Assembly: GCA_963705105.1 (NCBI GenBank)
Contig: CAVPIW010000006.1
Span: 256,001 to 320,000, forward strand
Source of the DNA: an uncultured Nitrospiraceae bacterium
GTDB lineage: Bacteria > Nitrospirota > Thermodesulfovibrionia > Thermodesulfovibrionales > Dissulfurispiraceae
Reading direction: 5' to 3'
DNA length: 64,000 bases
The stretch's first letter is position 1, and each line of letters begins with the position of its first letter. Under the pieces are notes generated by a model. That model did not search any database, was not told the origin of the DNA, and saw only the letters and a list, made by a program, of their open reading frames with translations. Of the stretch, positions 1 to 12,584 are shown piece by piece. Made by a program: the position numbers and the translations under genes.

Positions 1-2
1 TC

Positions 3-56
3 CTCCGGAAGGCGAACGTGCCGATGCTGACGGAAGAGGAATACCACGCACAATAA
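3..56 (+). CDS. 3' end of upstream gene (partial), possibly another ACT-domain protein
   Basis: Frame reads LRKANVPMLTEEEYHAQ* and ends just before the paaK RBS; resembles the C-terminus of the ACT protein at 1379-1810 ([17 protein letters not shown]). Confidence 0.45.
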   Translation, partial: LRKANVPMLTEEEYHAQ

Positions 57-71
57 AGGAGGGGGGAGACA

Positions 72-1370
72 ATGATCTGGGATCGCGAAGCCGAATGCAT
101 GCCTGAGAAGGAGAGGGAGAAGCTCCAGCTCGCAAGGCTGAAGGCGACGGTAAAGCGCACGTATGAAAAGGTGCCATACTACAAGAAACTCTTTACGGAC
201 AGCACGGTCAAACCCGGCGACATCCGGTCGCTCAAGGACATAAGGAAGCTCCCCTTTACCACGAAGGCGGACCTCCGCGAAGGGTATCCCTTCGGCATGT
301 TCGCCGTTTCCCACAAAGAGATCGTCGAAGTCCATTCGTCGTCGGGGACGACGGGGAAGCCCGTCGTGACGGGCTATACGAGGAACGATATCGATGTCTG
401 GTCCGAAGTCATGGCACGGGCCCTCGTCATGGCCGGGGCGACGAAGGACGACGTCATCCAGAACTGTTACGGGTACGGTCTGTTCACGGGCGGTTTGGGA
501 GTGCACTACGGCGCCCACAGGATCGGCGCGACCGTCGTTCCCATATCGGCGGGCAACACGGCCCGTCAGCTCGAGGTGATGGTCGATTTCGGCACGACGA
601 TCATCACCTGCACCCCTTCCTATTCGCTCTATCTCGCCGAGGTCGCCGCGGAAAAGGGCATCGCCAAAAAGGACATCAAGCTGAAGGCCGGTGTTTTCGG
701 TGCGGAGATGTGGTCCGAGAGGATGCGCGACGAAATCGAAAGGAGACTCGACCTGCTTGCGCTGAATATTTACGGGCTGACGGAACTGATCGGCCCCGGC
801 GTCGCACAGGAATGCCCTGAAAAGGCAGGACTCCATATATCGGAAGACCATTTTTATCCCGAGGTCATCTCTCCGGAGACCCTCGAAACGCTGCCTGACG
901 GAGAGAGGGGCGAACTTGTACTCACATCCCTCACGAGGGAAGGCATGCCGATGATCCGGTTCCGCACGAAAGACATCACCTCCCTGACACGGGGAGAGTG
1001 CAAGTGCGGCAGGACCACCGTGAGGATGGAGCGCATCACCGGCCGCACCGACGACATGCTCAAGATACGGGGCGTCATGGTCTTCCCGTCGAAGATCGAG
1101 AAGGCCCTGCTCGAGGTCAAAGGTGTGGAGCCCCACTACCAGATCATTGTCACGAGACCACAGTATCTCGATGAACTGGAAGTGCAGGTCGAGGTGTCGA
1201 AGAGGTTCTTCTCCGATGAGGTGAAGCATCTGCAGGACGTGAAGAAGAGGATCGAGAAGAGCATCGAAAGCGCCATCGGCATCAGGGTGAAAGTGACCCT
1301 CGTGGAGCCGAAGACGCTGCCGCGCAGTGAAGGCAAGGCGAAACGGGTATTCGACAAAAGGGAACTTTAG
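72..1370 (+). CDS. paaK: Phenylacetate-CoA ligase family adenylate-forming enzyme
   Basis: [12 protein letters not shown]-binding loop, [39 protein letters not shown] upstream. Confidence 0.9.
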   Translation: MIWDREAECMPEKEREKLQLARLKATVKRTYEKVPYYKKLFTDSTVKPGDIRSLKDIRKLPFTTKADLREGYPFGMFAVSHKEIVEVHSSSGTTGKPVVTGYTRNDIDVWSEVMARALVMAGATKDDVIQNCYGYGLFTGGLGVHYGAHRIGATVVPISAGNTARQLEVMVDFGTTIITCTPSYSLYLAEVAAEKGIAKKDIKLKAGVFGAEMWSERMRDEIERRLDLLALNIYGLTELIGPGVAQECPEKAGLHISEDHFYPEVISPETLETLPDGERGELVLTSLTREGMPMIRFRTKDITSLTRGECKCGRTTVRMERITGRTDDMLKIRGVMVFPSKIEKALLEVKGVEPHYQIIVTRPQYLDELEVQVEVSKRFFSDEVKHLQDVKKRIEKSIESAIGIRVKVTLVEPKTLPRSEGKAKRVFDKREL

Positions 1371-1378
1371 GGGGGACG

Positions 1379-1810
1379 ATGAAAGTCAAACAGATATCCA
1401 TATTTCTGGAAAACAAGACAGGACGCCTCTACGAGGCCCTCGATGTCCTGTCGAAGGCGGACATCAACATACGGGCACTCTCGATCGCAGACACGTCCGA
1501 GTTCGGCATCCTCAGGATCATTGTCCCCGATCCGGACAGGGCGAAGAAAGTGCTGGAGAAGAACAAATTCACCGTCCGGGAGAACGAGGTGATCGCCGTC
1601 GGTGTCCATGACCAGCCGGGAGGCCTGGCGGGCATCCTCAAGATCCTGACCGACGCAAACGTGAACGTGGAATATCTCTACGCTTTCGTCGAGAAAAAGG
1701 GCGAGAAGGCCGTCGTCGTGCTGCGGACGGAAAATATCCCCGCCGGCGTTGCGGCGCTCAAGAAGGGCGGTGTGACGGTGCTGCCCGCCGAAGAGGTTTA
1801 CACGATGTAA
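1379..1810 (+). CDS. Tandem ACT-domain amino-acid-binding protein
   Basis: [13 protein letters not shown]...INIRALS and DQPGGL...NVEYLY ACT repeats; usual paaK neighbour. Confidence 0.88.
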   Translation: MKVKQISIFLENKTGRLYEALDVLSKADINIRALSIADTSEFGILRIIVPDPDRAKKVLEKNKFTVRENEVIAVGVHDQPGGLAGILKILTDANVNVEYLYAFVEKKGEKAVVVLRTENIPAGVAALKKGGVTVLPAEEVYTM

Positions 1811-1835
1811 GGTCCGGCTGCGATTAGACTCAACG

Positions 1836-1867
1836 AAAAAGGCATCCCGGTCAGGGGATGCCTTTTT
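1836..1867. terminator. Bidirectional intrinsic terminator
   Basis: AAAAAGGCATCCC-GGTCAG-GGGATGCCTTTTT perfect stem with A/T tracts between convergent genes. Confidence 0.85.
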
Positions 1868-1884
1868 GTGTGATCAGTGCCTTA

Positions 1885-2151
1885 ACCTTATTGTTGCATA
1901 CTCCCTCAGAAAATGCGGGGCGAATGCGCCGAAAAGCATCGGTGCTGCGAAACCTTTGCCTTCCCATGCAGACTATTTCAGGCAAACGATCGATGTCACA
2001 AAGGATGGAATGGCATCGTGTAGGGGCCGTTCCCCGAACGGCCCGACATTAATGAACCGGTCTGCTCGGGGAGCAGACCCTACAATGATCAATCTCGTAA
2101 TCAGCGGGGCTTTGAGGCGTTTTGCCCCGCCTTTTCGTGCAACTGTTGGGT
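1885..2151 (+). mobile_element. MITE-like element copy 1 (diverged, contains REP doublet)
   Basis: Starts ACCTTATTGTTGCA..GCGGGGCG, ends GCCCCGCCTTTTCGTGCAACTGTTGGGT; TA on both sides; homologous to 20213-20432. Confidence 0.75.
2020..2083. repeat. GTAG-type REP doublet (REPIN-like)
   Basis: GTAG-GGGCCGTTC-CCC-GAACGGCCC (2020-2044) and inverted GTAG-GGTCTGCTC-CCC-GAGCAGACC (2083-2059). Confidence 0.75.
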
Positions 2152-3731
2152 TAATTCTTCGGTTGTCTCTTCAGGACGAAGATGCAGGGCCTGCGCGAAA
2201 TGACCACGTTCACTCCCTTTGCGTCGAGCTTCTCCCTGATGACCTGCTCCGTCTCCCCGTGCTTGTATGGGTCGACGACGGTGACGGATGAGGCACCGCA
2301 GGCTTTGCAGAGATCCTCGAGAGCGACGCGCCCGCCTTCCTCCCCCTTCGCCGTCATCCCCGTCAGGGCCGTGGGCTGATGGCCCGTCATGGCGACGGCG
2401 TCGTTGTCCATGATGACGACGAGGATGTCGGCCCTGTTATAGACTGCGTTGATGAGGGCCGGTATGCCCGAGTGGAGGAACGTCGAGTCTCCGATGACGG
2501 AGGCGACCCGCTTGACGCCCTGTTTTGCGATGCCGACGGCCTTGCTGATGCTGGCTCCCATGCACAGACACGTGTCCATAGCCCTGAGAGGAGGGCTGGC
2601 GCCGAGGGTGTAGCAGCCGATGTCGCCTGTGGTGAACGTGGGCTGAGCAGCCTTCAATGCCTTGTAAAACTCGCGGTGTGAGCAACCCTGGCACATGACC
2701 GGCGGCCTGAGAGGCAGGTCCTGCGGGGCTTTCCCTGACGCCTCCGCAACGGCGCCGGAAGAAAAATAGGGCGCCAGCGCGTCCGGCCCGAGTTCTCCTT
2801 CACGCCTGAACTCACCGGACATCTTTCCTTTGACGTTCTTGTGATGACGGCGGGTGATCTCCTCGACAAAGGGCTCTCCCTCCTCGAGCACCCAGACCTC
2901 GTCGAGTCTTTTGACGAAGTCCGCAATGACGCTTTCCGGGAAGGGATAGACCGATATTTTAAGGATCGCACATGCCGGGTTGTACTCCTTCGCATAGGCA
3001 TAGGTGACGCCGCAGGCGATGATGCCGCGGCCCGAACCGTTGCCGTCAATCCTGTTGAGTCCGGAATTCAGAGACCATTCCCTCAGCACATCCTGTTTTT
3101 CGTTCAGGGCGTGATGGCACCGGATGACATTGCTCGGCACGGCGAGCATCCGCTCCGGTTTCTTCTCCAGGGAGAGGACATTCTCGGCCCGCGGTTCCAC
3201 GAGGGTGACAGGCGAGGATGCATGGGAGACCCTCGTGACGCTCCTTACCATGACCGGCAATTCCGTCTGCTCCGAGAGATCGAAGGCGAGTTTCACCATG
3301 TCCTTCGCCTCCTGGGAGTCGCTCGGCTCGAGGCAGGGGATCTTTGCGAAACGGGCAAAGAGGCGCGAATCCTGTTCATTCTGAGAGGAATAGGCGCCGG
3401 GATCGTCGGCGACGAGGAGGACCAGGCCGCCTTTGATTCCCAGGTAGGCGGACGTCATGAGGGGGTCTGCAGCGACATTGACGCCGACGTGCTTCATGGA
3501 GCAGAGGGCCCTCTTGCCCGCATATGAAGCCCCCACGGCGGTCTCGTAAGCTATCTTTTCATTGAGAGCCCAATCGGCATCGCCCTTGAAATTGCGGGCG
3601 AGATACTCGAGTATTTCCGTTGAGGGCGTGCCGGGGTAGCTGACAGCGATCGAAATCCCCGCCTCTATGGCGCCTCTGCCGATCGCCTCATTGCCCGAGA
3701 GCAGATCTCTCTGAACAGGAGTCTCTTCCAT
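2151..3731 (-). CDS. iorA: Indolepyruvate ferredoxin oxidoreductase alpha subunit (short form, no C-terminal ferredoxin)
   Basis: GNEAIGRGA, YPGTPSTE, MKHVGVNVAAD, SSQNEQD, RPPVMCQGCSHR, GDIGCY, GDSTFLHSG, AMTGHQP. Confidence 0.9.
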   Translation of the reverse strand: MEETPVQRDLLSGNEAIGRGAIEAGISIAVSYPGTPSTEILEYLARNFKGDADWALNEKIAYETAVGASYAGKRALCSMKHVGVNVAADPLMTSAYLGIKGGLVLLVADDPGAYSSQNEQDSRLFARFAKIPCLEPSDSQEAKDMVKLAFDLSEQTELPVMVRSVTRVSHASSPVTLVEPRAENVLSLEKKPERMLAVPSNVIRCHHALNEKQDVLREWSLNSGLNRIDGNGSGRGIIACGVTYAYAKEYNPACAILKISVYPFPESVIADFVKRLDEVWVLEEGEPFVEEITRRHHKNVKGKMSGEFRREGELGPDALAPYFSSGAVAEASGKAPQDLPLRPPVMCQGCSHREFYKALKAAQPTFTTGDIGCYTLGASPPLRAMDTCLCMGASISKAVGIAKQGVKRVASVIGDSTFLHSGIPALINAVYNRADILVVIMDNDAVAMTGHQPTALTGMTAKGEEGGRVALEDLCKACGASSVTVVDPYKHGETEQVIREKLDAKGVNVVISRRPCIFVLKRQPKN

Positions 3732-3899
3732 AATATCCCCTTATTGGTTCTGATATGGTCCGAACATAACGGACAGATTGGGCAGGATCTATACCGGTGT
3801 TGCGTTCAGAGACGGGAGGACCCGCCTTGATGACGGACGCCTGCCGGGCGGCCTGACGCGGACAAAGCGTCCTGTCAGTCAGGGTCGCTGCAATGCCTG

Positions 3900-4088
3900 T
3901 CAGACCTCTTTCGAGACGACTTCGAGGACCTTTTTCCCATCATAGGAACCGCAGCTCACACAGGCCCTGTGCGTCTCTTTCAGTTCCTTGCACTCCGGGC
4001 ATTCCATCAGGGTCGGGGTTTTCCCCTTCCAGTTGGCCCGCCTCCTGTCTCTTCTCGATCTGCAATGGCGATGCGTGGGATTTGCCAT
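3900..4088 (-). CDS. rpmF: 50S ribosomal protein L32 (Zn-ribbon form)
   Basis: MANP..SRRDRRRA, CPEC...HRACVSCG; follows yceD. Confidence 0.93.
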   Translation of the reverse strand: MANPTHRHCRSRRDRRRANWKGKTPTLMECPECKELKETHRACVSCGSYDGKKVLEVVSKEV

Positions 4089-4091
4089 GAT

Positions 4092-4601
4092 TTACTCCTT
4101 TCTTTGCAGCAGCCGCTCGAGTACGCGCAGCCGCGGATCCGTCTCCCTGTCCGTGCAGGTGCAGGGTGATGCGTTGAGGTCTGCGCCGCATTTCGGGCAG
4201 ATGCCCTTGCACGTGGCGGCACAGAGGGGCTTCATCGGCACGGCGAGAATCATCTGCTCGACGGCGAGTTCGCCGATGTCAAGCGTGTCGTCCCTGTAAA
4301 AAGCCATGTCGAGTTCGTCTCCCTTGAGTTCGTGATGCTCTTCCCTGTTGATCTCTTCGGCGGGATGGTACGTGATATTGACAGGCGTGTCGACTGTGAC
4401 GGTGAAGGTCTGCAGGCATCTGCCGCAGCTCAGCTCGACATCGCCTGAAACGCTCCCCCGCACCATCACTTCGGCGCCCTCTTTGTCCACCTGGAGATCG
4501 ACGGAGACCGGCGTCATGATACGCACCGACTCGGACCGGACGTCCTCGTCGTGTTCAAGATGCAGTCCTTCTGCCGGAATCTCTGAAATCTGGATTTTCA
4601 T
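4092..4601 (-). CDS. yceD: DUF177/YceD family protein
   Basis: CGRCL, PMKPLC...CKGICPKCGADLN, DPRL; directly upstream of rpmF. Confidence 0.9.
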   Translation of the reverse strand: MKIQISEIPAEGLHLEHDEDVRSESVRIMTPVSVDLQVDKEGAEVMVRGSVSGDVELSCGRCLQTFTVTVDTPVNITYHPAEEINREEHHELKGDELDMAFYRDDTLDIGELAVEQMILAVPMKPLCAATCKGICPKCGADLNASPCTCTDRETDPRLRVLERLLQRKE

Positions 4602-4639
4602 GGTGCGAAAAGGATGAAAAATACTATTTAGAACTTATA

Positions 4640-4669
4640 TTTATACTCATTTTAGCTCAATTTTGTCAA
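4640..4669 (-). promoter_or_regulatory. Putative sigma70 promoter for yceD-rpmF
   Basis: Minus strand TTGACA-N18-TATAAA in an AT-rich tract about 40 bp upstream of the start. Confidence 0.55.
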
Positions 4670-4730
4670 GCCTGAAACAGTGGCACCGGCCGTGTCAGTG
4701 CCGGTGACAAGCGTCAGCGAAAGGAGTGGG

Positions 4731-4755
4731 GGATCGTTCGGGGAACGGCCCCTAG
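4731..4755 (-). repeat. Degenerate single REP of the same family as 2020-2044
   Basis: Minus strand CTAG-GGGCCGTTC-CCC-GAACGATCC. Confidence 0.6.
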
Positions 4756-4760
4756 GGTTT

Positions 4761-4975
4761 ACCTTTCTGTTGCATGAAAAGGCTGGGGCGAAGCGCCTCA
4801 AAGCCTTGCTGAAGGCGACGATACTCCTCGTCAGTTTCGTGTTACAGGATTCCACTCTTTGTGTCATCGACCATTGGCGTATAGTTCATCTCGCGTTTTG
4901 ATACAGGTGTCACCGCAGCAAGGTTTTCGGCGCATACGCCCCGCCTTTCCCGGGAGTGTGTTGCAACGATACGGT
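4761..4975 (-). mobile_element. MITE-like element copy 2
   Basis: ACCTTTCTGTTGCATGAAAAGGC...CCCGGGAGTGTGTTGCAACGATACGGT; TT on both sides; close reverse complement of 20213-20432. Confidence 0.85.
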
Positions 4976-5069
4976 TTATTCCCGACTGATGACGACGGAC
5001 CGGGTTAAAGGGAGAACGGGAGGCGCACGATAACATGTATAACGGCTGATCGCTCGCGATACGAAGACG

Positions 5070-6040
5070 ATGCGCGAAAAATCTTCATTGATCATTCTCC
5101 CGCAAATCCGCAGACCCGTGATCCGGGGGAGGGGACACTTCCGGAGGAAGGAAGTGCTATTCCGGCGATCCTGCATCTTCCTTGTCTGCTGCCTCCTCGT
5201 CGGCTTATTCGTGTCGCCCCTCTCAGGGGCGGAACGGGAGATCAGGCTCGGTCTGATCAGCGACCGTCCTGTCGAAAGGGTCAAAGAATACATGACACTC
5301 GTGAAGTACGTGGCTGACCGTCTGAAGGATCAGGGAATTGACGGCTGGAAGGTCGTCGTCGAAAAGAAACTCGATGACATGAACGGGAGGATACAGCGCG
5401 GGAATGTCGATTTCGTCCTCGAAAGCGCCTATTCCACTGTTGAAATGATGGACAGGGCCGGCATGGTTCCGGAATTGCTCGTCTGGCGGGGAGGCGTCCG
5501 GGAATACAGGACCCTCTTCTTCGTCCTTAAGGACAGCCCGATACGGTATCTTGGAGACCTCGGGGGAAAAACAATCGCCTTCGAGAACGCGAAGTCGACG
5601 TCTTCCTACGCGGTACCGAAAGCCGAACTCAGGAAGGCGGGACTGACTGTTGTCCCCGCCGAAAGGACCGGCTCCGCAAATGCTGTCCGGTACGCCTTTG
5701 CCGGAAGCGGCGCGAATCTCCCTTACTGGGTCTTCGATGGCAGGGCCGATGCGGGGGCCTTCAGCACCATCGACTGGGACGATATGCCGGAAGCGATCAA
5801 GTCACACATGAGGGTGATTCATGAGACGAAGCCCGTGATACGCTATGTTGCTTCCTTTCATCCCGCTCTTCCCGGGAAACTGAAGGAGGCGATCATCGAC
5901 ATCCTCGTGCGCATGGACGGGGACGCAGAGGGCCGGCAGGCCCTCCTGGAGGCGTACAGGATCATGAAAATAGAGAGGCTCACGGAAAGTGACCGTCAAT
6001 CGATCGCCTCTGTCAGGGACCTCAGGAAATACATCGTCGA

Positions 6041-6044
<4 letters not shown>
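5070..6044 (+). CDS. PhnD/PtxB-like periplasmic binding protein (true start may be downstream)
   Basis: Hydrophobic signal-like segment, YRTLFFV.KDSPI..L.DL.GKTIAF, STSSY.VP motif, GRADAGA. Confidence 0.8.
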
Positions 6045-8836
<2,792 letters not shown>

Positions 8837-8893
8837 AAGACAGCGGTCTCGCGTATCATTTCCTCCTTCTTCCACTGTCATTGGATGGGGACT

Positions 8894-8916
8894 GCCTTTT
8901 CATGCAATTGCAGGGT
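8894..8916. repeat. Solo terminal remnant of the MITE family
   Basis: GCCTTTTCATGCAATTGCAGGGT matches the ends of copy 3 and of copy 6 (reverse complement GCCTTTTTGTGCAATTGCAAGGT). Confidence 0.55.
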
Positions 8917-9031
8917 TTGTTTCAGTCGTATCGCCTACCGTTGCTTCCCTGCCTGTACAGCACTATAGTCAAGAAACCGGCAAAAAAAACGATACTAATT
9001 TAATGTCCCCGATTTATGACACGGAGGTCTC

Positions 9032-10510
9032 ATGAGAAAGAGCCTTGCCCTGTTTCTCGTTGTTCTCCTGTCCGTTCCCGTCACTGCTGTCGTTGCCGCA
9101 GGGAGTCAACATCCCGGCCGGGAAACGGGACACGGACAGGCGGCGCCCCGGCTGCTCGGCATCGACGAATGCATCGACATTGCCCTGCAGAACAACCGCA
9201 ACCGGCCTGTCTCGCAGTTCGCCATAGAGATCGCAGAGGCCCAGTACGAGCAGGCCATGTCGTCATACTGGCCGCAACTGGCCGTGAGGGCCGCCTATAC
9301 GATTATGGACGACGATCCCAATTTCATATTTCCCGCGACATCCATCAGCATCCCATCTACGGCACTGACGCTGTCGTCCCCCCTCGGATCGATACCCCTG
9401 AACATATCCCCCCAATCGATACCCGTTCCGGCACAGGACATCAGGCTCATGAACAGACACAACGCCATTGCCTCTCTCAACCTCACCTATCCCATTTATA
9501 CGGGCGGTCTCAGAAAGTCCATAGTCAGGCAGGCCCGGCAGGGGATACAGGCTGCCCGTGAAGAGGCAAGGCGGACGGACCTGCAGGTCGTCTATGACGT
9601 GAAGCGGATCTACTACGGCGCGGTGCTCTCCCGGGAGCTCGTGCGGGTTGCAGAGGATGCCCTTGCCCGCATGGAGGTCACCCTGGAGCTCACGGAGAAC
9701 CTTTACACGCGCGGATCGGGCAGGGTCAAGAAGACCGACTATCTCAGGAACAAGACCGTCGTCGAAGGTCTCCGGTCGGCCCTCGCATTCCTCGATGCCA
9801 ACGAAAAGTCTGTCAAGGCGGCACTCGTCAATACCATGGGACTGGACTGGGACGTCCGGGTTGAACCTGCCGGGCCGGCGCTCCCCTTTGCCCCTTACGC
9901 AGCGAACGTGAAGGCGCTTGTCGCGGGCGCATACGAGTTCAATCCCGACTGGGCCCGGCTCCATGCAGGGCTTGAGGCTGCGGCCGCAAAAATCGACGAG
10001 GCAAAGAGCGGTCATCTGCCGAAAGTGGCACTCATCGGCAACCTGACCCATATCGAAAACTCCTATGACCAGGGCATGGTCACCCCCCGCAACAAGGATT
10101 CCTGGACCGTCGGCCTGGGGCTCGAGCTGCCGCTCTTCAACGGCTTCCGCACGACCAACGAGGTGAGAGAGGCGGCGGCCCGGCTGAACAGGCTGAAGGA
10201 ACAGAAGGTGCTCCTGAGAGAGGGGATCGCACTTCATATCAATCATCTCTTCATACAGATGTCGGGCGCCAGGGATCAGAAAACGGCCGCCGAAGCGGCG
10301 GCGAAGGCCGCCGAGGAAAACCGCGACCTGAACGAACGGGCCTACCAGGAGGAACTGGTGGAGACGAAAGACGTGATCGAGTCGCAGCTCACGGAATCGT
10401 TCATGAAGGCCCAGTATCAAAAGTCTCTCTATGACCACCTTGCAGCCCAGGTGCACCTGGACTTCGTGATCGGCAGGGAGGTGACAAAGCTTATCCATGG
10501 AGACCAGTAG
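9032..10510 (+). CDS. TolC-family outer membrane channel protein
   Basis: Signal peptide; two OEP repeats (ECIDIALQNN...YWPQL...YPIYTGG; HLPKV...LELPLFNGF). Confidence 0.85.
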   Translation: MRKSLALFLVVLLSVPVTAVVAAGSQHPGRETGHGQAAPRLLGIDECIDIALQNNRNRPVSQFAIEIAEAQYEQAMSSYWPQLAVRAAYTIMDDDPNFIFPATSISIPSTALTLSSPLGSIPLNISPQSIPVPAQDIRLMNRHNAIASLNLTYPIYTGGLRKSIVRQARQGIQAAREEARRTDLQVVYDVKRIYYGAVLSRELVRVAEDALARMEVTLELTENLYTRGSGRVKKTDYLRNKTVVEGLRSALAFLDANEKSVKAALVNTMGLDWDVRVEPAGPALPFAPYAANVKALVAGAYEFNPDWARLHAGLEAAAAKIDEAKSGHLPKVALIGNLTHIENSYDQGMVTPRNKDSWTVGLGLELPLFNGFRTTNEVREAAARLNRLKEQKVLLREGIALHINHLFIQMSGARDQKTAAEAAAKAAEENRDLNERAYQEELVETKDVIESQLTESFMKAQYQKSLYDHLAAQVHLDFVIGREVTKLIHGDQ

Positions 10511-11480
10511 GATGCGTCAGCCGTCCAAAGCCGGGGTGTCATCCATGAGGATGGGAGGCGCCCTGAGGTTCCTCGTTCCTGCTATCGCTCTCCTGGTCAT
10601 TGTCGCCGCCGTTGCGCAGGGAGAACTCTCAGGCCAGGGGAAGCGGGACAAGGATTCGGTGCTGACCGTCGGGTACTCCTCGAAGCTCTTTTTTGATGTC
10701 GACATCAGGGACGCAAAGGCGGCCACGAAGATGTGGACGGACATGCTGATCAGGAAGATGGGCAATAAATACGAAAAATCGGAGATCCATATCCTTCATG
10801 ATTCCTCTGCCATGGATAAAGCCCTCCGCATGAGAGAGATCGACATCCTTGTCCTCTTCTCCCAGGAGTTTATCGAAATGAGAGACAGGACGCCCATCGT
10901 TCCCGTTTATGCCGCCGACTACGGGAAATACTTCTACCATGAGCTCTACCTCCTCGTCCGGAACGACAGCGGACTGAGCAGGATCGCAGACCTGAAGGGG
11001 AAGAGATTGATCATCGAGACGGGACAGAAGGGAAGCATACCGATGATCTGGCTCGAGACGGTTTTCGCAAAAGAAACAGTGCCGCTTATGAGGGAATCAG
11101 CGCAAATCAAGGAAGCCATGAAGGCGTCACAGGCCGTCCTGCCGGTCTTTTTCCGCCAGGCCGATGCCTGTGTTGTCGGACGAAACAGTTACGAAACAAT
11201 GGTCGAGCTCAATCCACAGGTGGGCAGGGAGCTGAAGGTCATTGCAACCTCACCCCATTATCTGACCGGCGTGGTCTGCCTGAGGAAAGACTACTACCAT
11301 GCGCATAAGGAAATGATCGACGAGACACTTAAGGCCCTCTACAGCGAGCCGCAGGGACAGCAGATCATGAAACTCTTCCGCATCAACAGGCTTGTTCCGT
11401 TCAAGCAGGAATACCTTAAAACGACGGAGGTCCTGCTGAGCGAACACCGTGATTTGGTGAGGACGGCCAGGAAAAGATGA
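10497..11480 (+). CDS. PhnD/SsuA-like periplasmic binding protein, paralog 1
   Basis: Signal peptide; LLVRNDSGL..IADLKGK, KASQAVLPVFFRQADA, ELNPQ. Confidence 0.8.
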   Translation: METSRMRQPSKAGVSSMRMGGALRFLVPAIALLVIVAAVAQGELSGQGKRDKDSVLTVGYSSKLFFDVDIRDAKAATKMWTDMLIRKMGNKYEKSEIHILHDSSAMDKALRMREIDILVLFSQEFIEMRDRTPIVPVYAADYGKYFYHELYLLVRNDSGLSRIADLKGKRLIIETGQKGSIPMIWLETVFAKETVPLMRESAQIKEAMKASQAVLPVFFRQADACVVGRNSYETMVELNPQVGRELKVIATSPHYLTGVVCLRKDYYHAHKEMIDETLKALYSEPQGQQIMKLFRINRLVPFKQEYLKTTEVLLSEHRDLVRTARKR

Positions 11481-11502
11481 GGGGCGCTGAGGGGACACAG
11501 AA

Positions 11503-12471
11503 ATGAGGACAACAGGAACAACATTCCGTGGGATGCCGAGAACAGCCATGAAGAAATGTCTCGCTGCAGCCGCCGTTCTCGTCTGCGCGGTGTTGTTCAT
11601 GACGACGGATCCCGGCAAAGCTCAGGGCGCAGATGCAAACGATCCTTCCTTCTCCCTCATGATCGGATATATGGCGACGGTGTTCGTCGATGTCGACATG
11701 GATGATGCAAAGGTCGTCACCAAGCTGTGGTCGGACCTGGTTGTCAGGAAGAAGCGGGGAAGGGCGGAGACGAAGATATACCAGGACCTTCCGGAGCTCG
11801 AACGGGACCTGAAGGCCGGGAAGGTGGATATGGCGATCATGGTTTCGAACGATTTTGTCGAGCTTCGTAACCGCGCTCCCCTGGAGCCGATCATGGTGTC
11901 GTCGAGGGAGAAGGAATTCTACGAGGAACTGTATCTCCTCGTCAGGAAGGACAGCGGCATCAGGTCCGTGAAGGACCTCAGGAACAAGACCTTTATCCTT
12001 CAAAAGGGGCAGTACGCCGTCGTTCACAAGATCTGGCTCGAGACGCTCCTCATGAAAGAGGGCGGCCATGACGCCCGCCAGTTTTTCTCGTCTGTCAAAG
12101 ATGCGAGAAAGCCGTCCCAGGCGGTGATGCCCGTCTTCTTCCGCCAGGCCGACGCATGCATCATGACGCGGAACGGTTTCGACGTGATGGCGGAGATGAA
12201 CCCGCAGCTCCGCAATGAACTTCTCATTCTCGCGAGATCCCCGAAGATTGCGAGCGGCGTAATTGCTCTGCGGAAGGACTACCGTGAAGATCACAAAGAA
12301 ACAGTGCGTGAGCTCCTCTCCACCCTCCATGAGGATACCCAGGGAAAACAACTCCTCACCCTTTTCCGGATGAGCAAGCTTGTCCCCTTCAGACAGGAGT
12401 ATATGACGAGCATGGAGGCATTCCTCAGGGAGCACAGAGACCTTAAAGTGAGGGTGGCAAAGGGCAAATAG
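11503..12471 (+). CDS. PhnD/SsuA-like periplasmic binding protein, paralog 2
   Basis: Signal peptide; LLVRKDSGI.SVKDLRNK, KPSQAVMPVFFRQADA, EMNPQ. Confidence 0.8.
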   Translation: MRTTGTTFRGMPRTAMKKCLAAAAVLVCAVLFMTTDPGKAQGADANDPSFSLMIGYMATVFVDVDMDDAKVVTKLWSDLVVRKKRGRAETKIYQDLPELERDLKAGKVDMAIMVSNDFVELRNRAPLEPIMVSSREKEFYEELYLLVRKDSGIRSVKDLRNKTFILQKGQYAVVHKIWLETLLMKEGGHDARQFFSSVKDARKPSQAVMPVFFRQADACIMTRNGFDVMAEMNPQLRNELLILARSPKIASGVIALRKDYREDHKETVRELLSTLHEDTQGKQLLTLFRMSKLVPFRQEYMTSMEAFLREHRDLKVRVAKGK

Positions 12472-12584
12472 GTGAGACGAATGACGGGGTATCCATCGAA
12501 TGACCGTTTGTTCACTGTCTGCGTCTGCCTGCCGATGATGACGGGAGACGTCAAGAAAGGTGAGATGGAGGACTTACGGGGAAA

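Noticed and set aside
1981..2010. GGCAAAC...CACAAAG as a c-di-GMP-I riboswitch
   Set aside because: No P2 stem or GNRA loop; it lies inside a MITE between convergent genes
1858..2291. Short ORFs over repeat copies (also 4652-5036, 20164-20460, 52845-53129, 58170-58957) with mutually similar peptides
   Set aside because: Similarity comes from translating the same non-coding repeat; no consistent start, SD or frame
2151..3731. iorA truncated by the MITE (no ferredoxin domain, no adjacent iorB)
   Set aside because: Short IorA forms of about this length ending soon after RRxC are known, and iorB may lie outside the window; truncation cannot be supported
9263..10498. Long antisense ORFs (also 16667-17836, 39429-41045, 62111-63376 and others)
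   Set aside because: Shadow frames of well-supported genes, expected from GC-rich codon bias; no motifs
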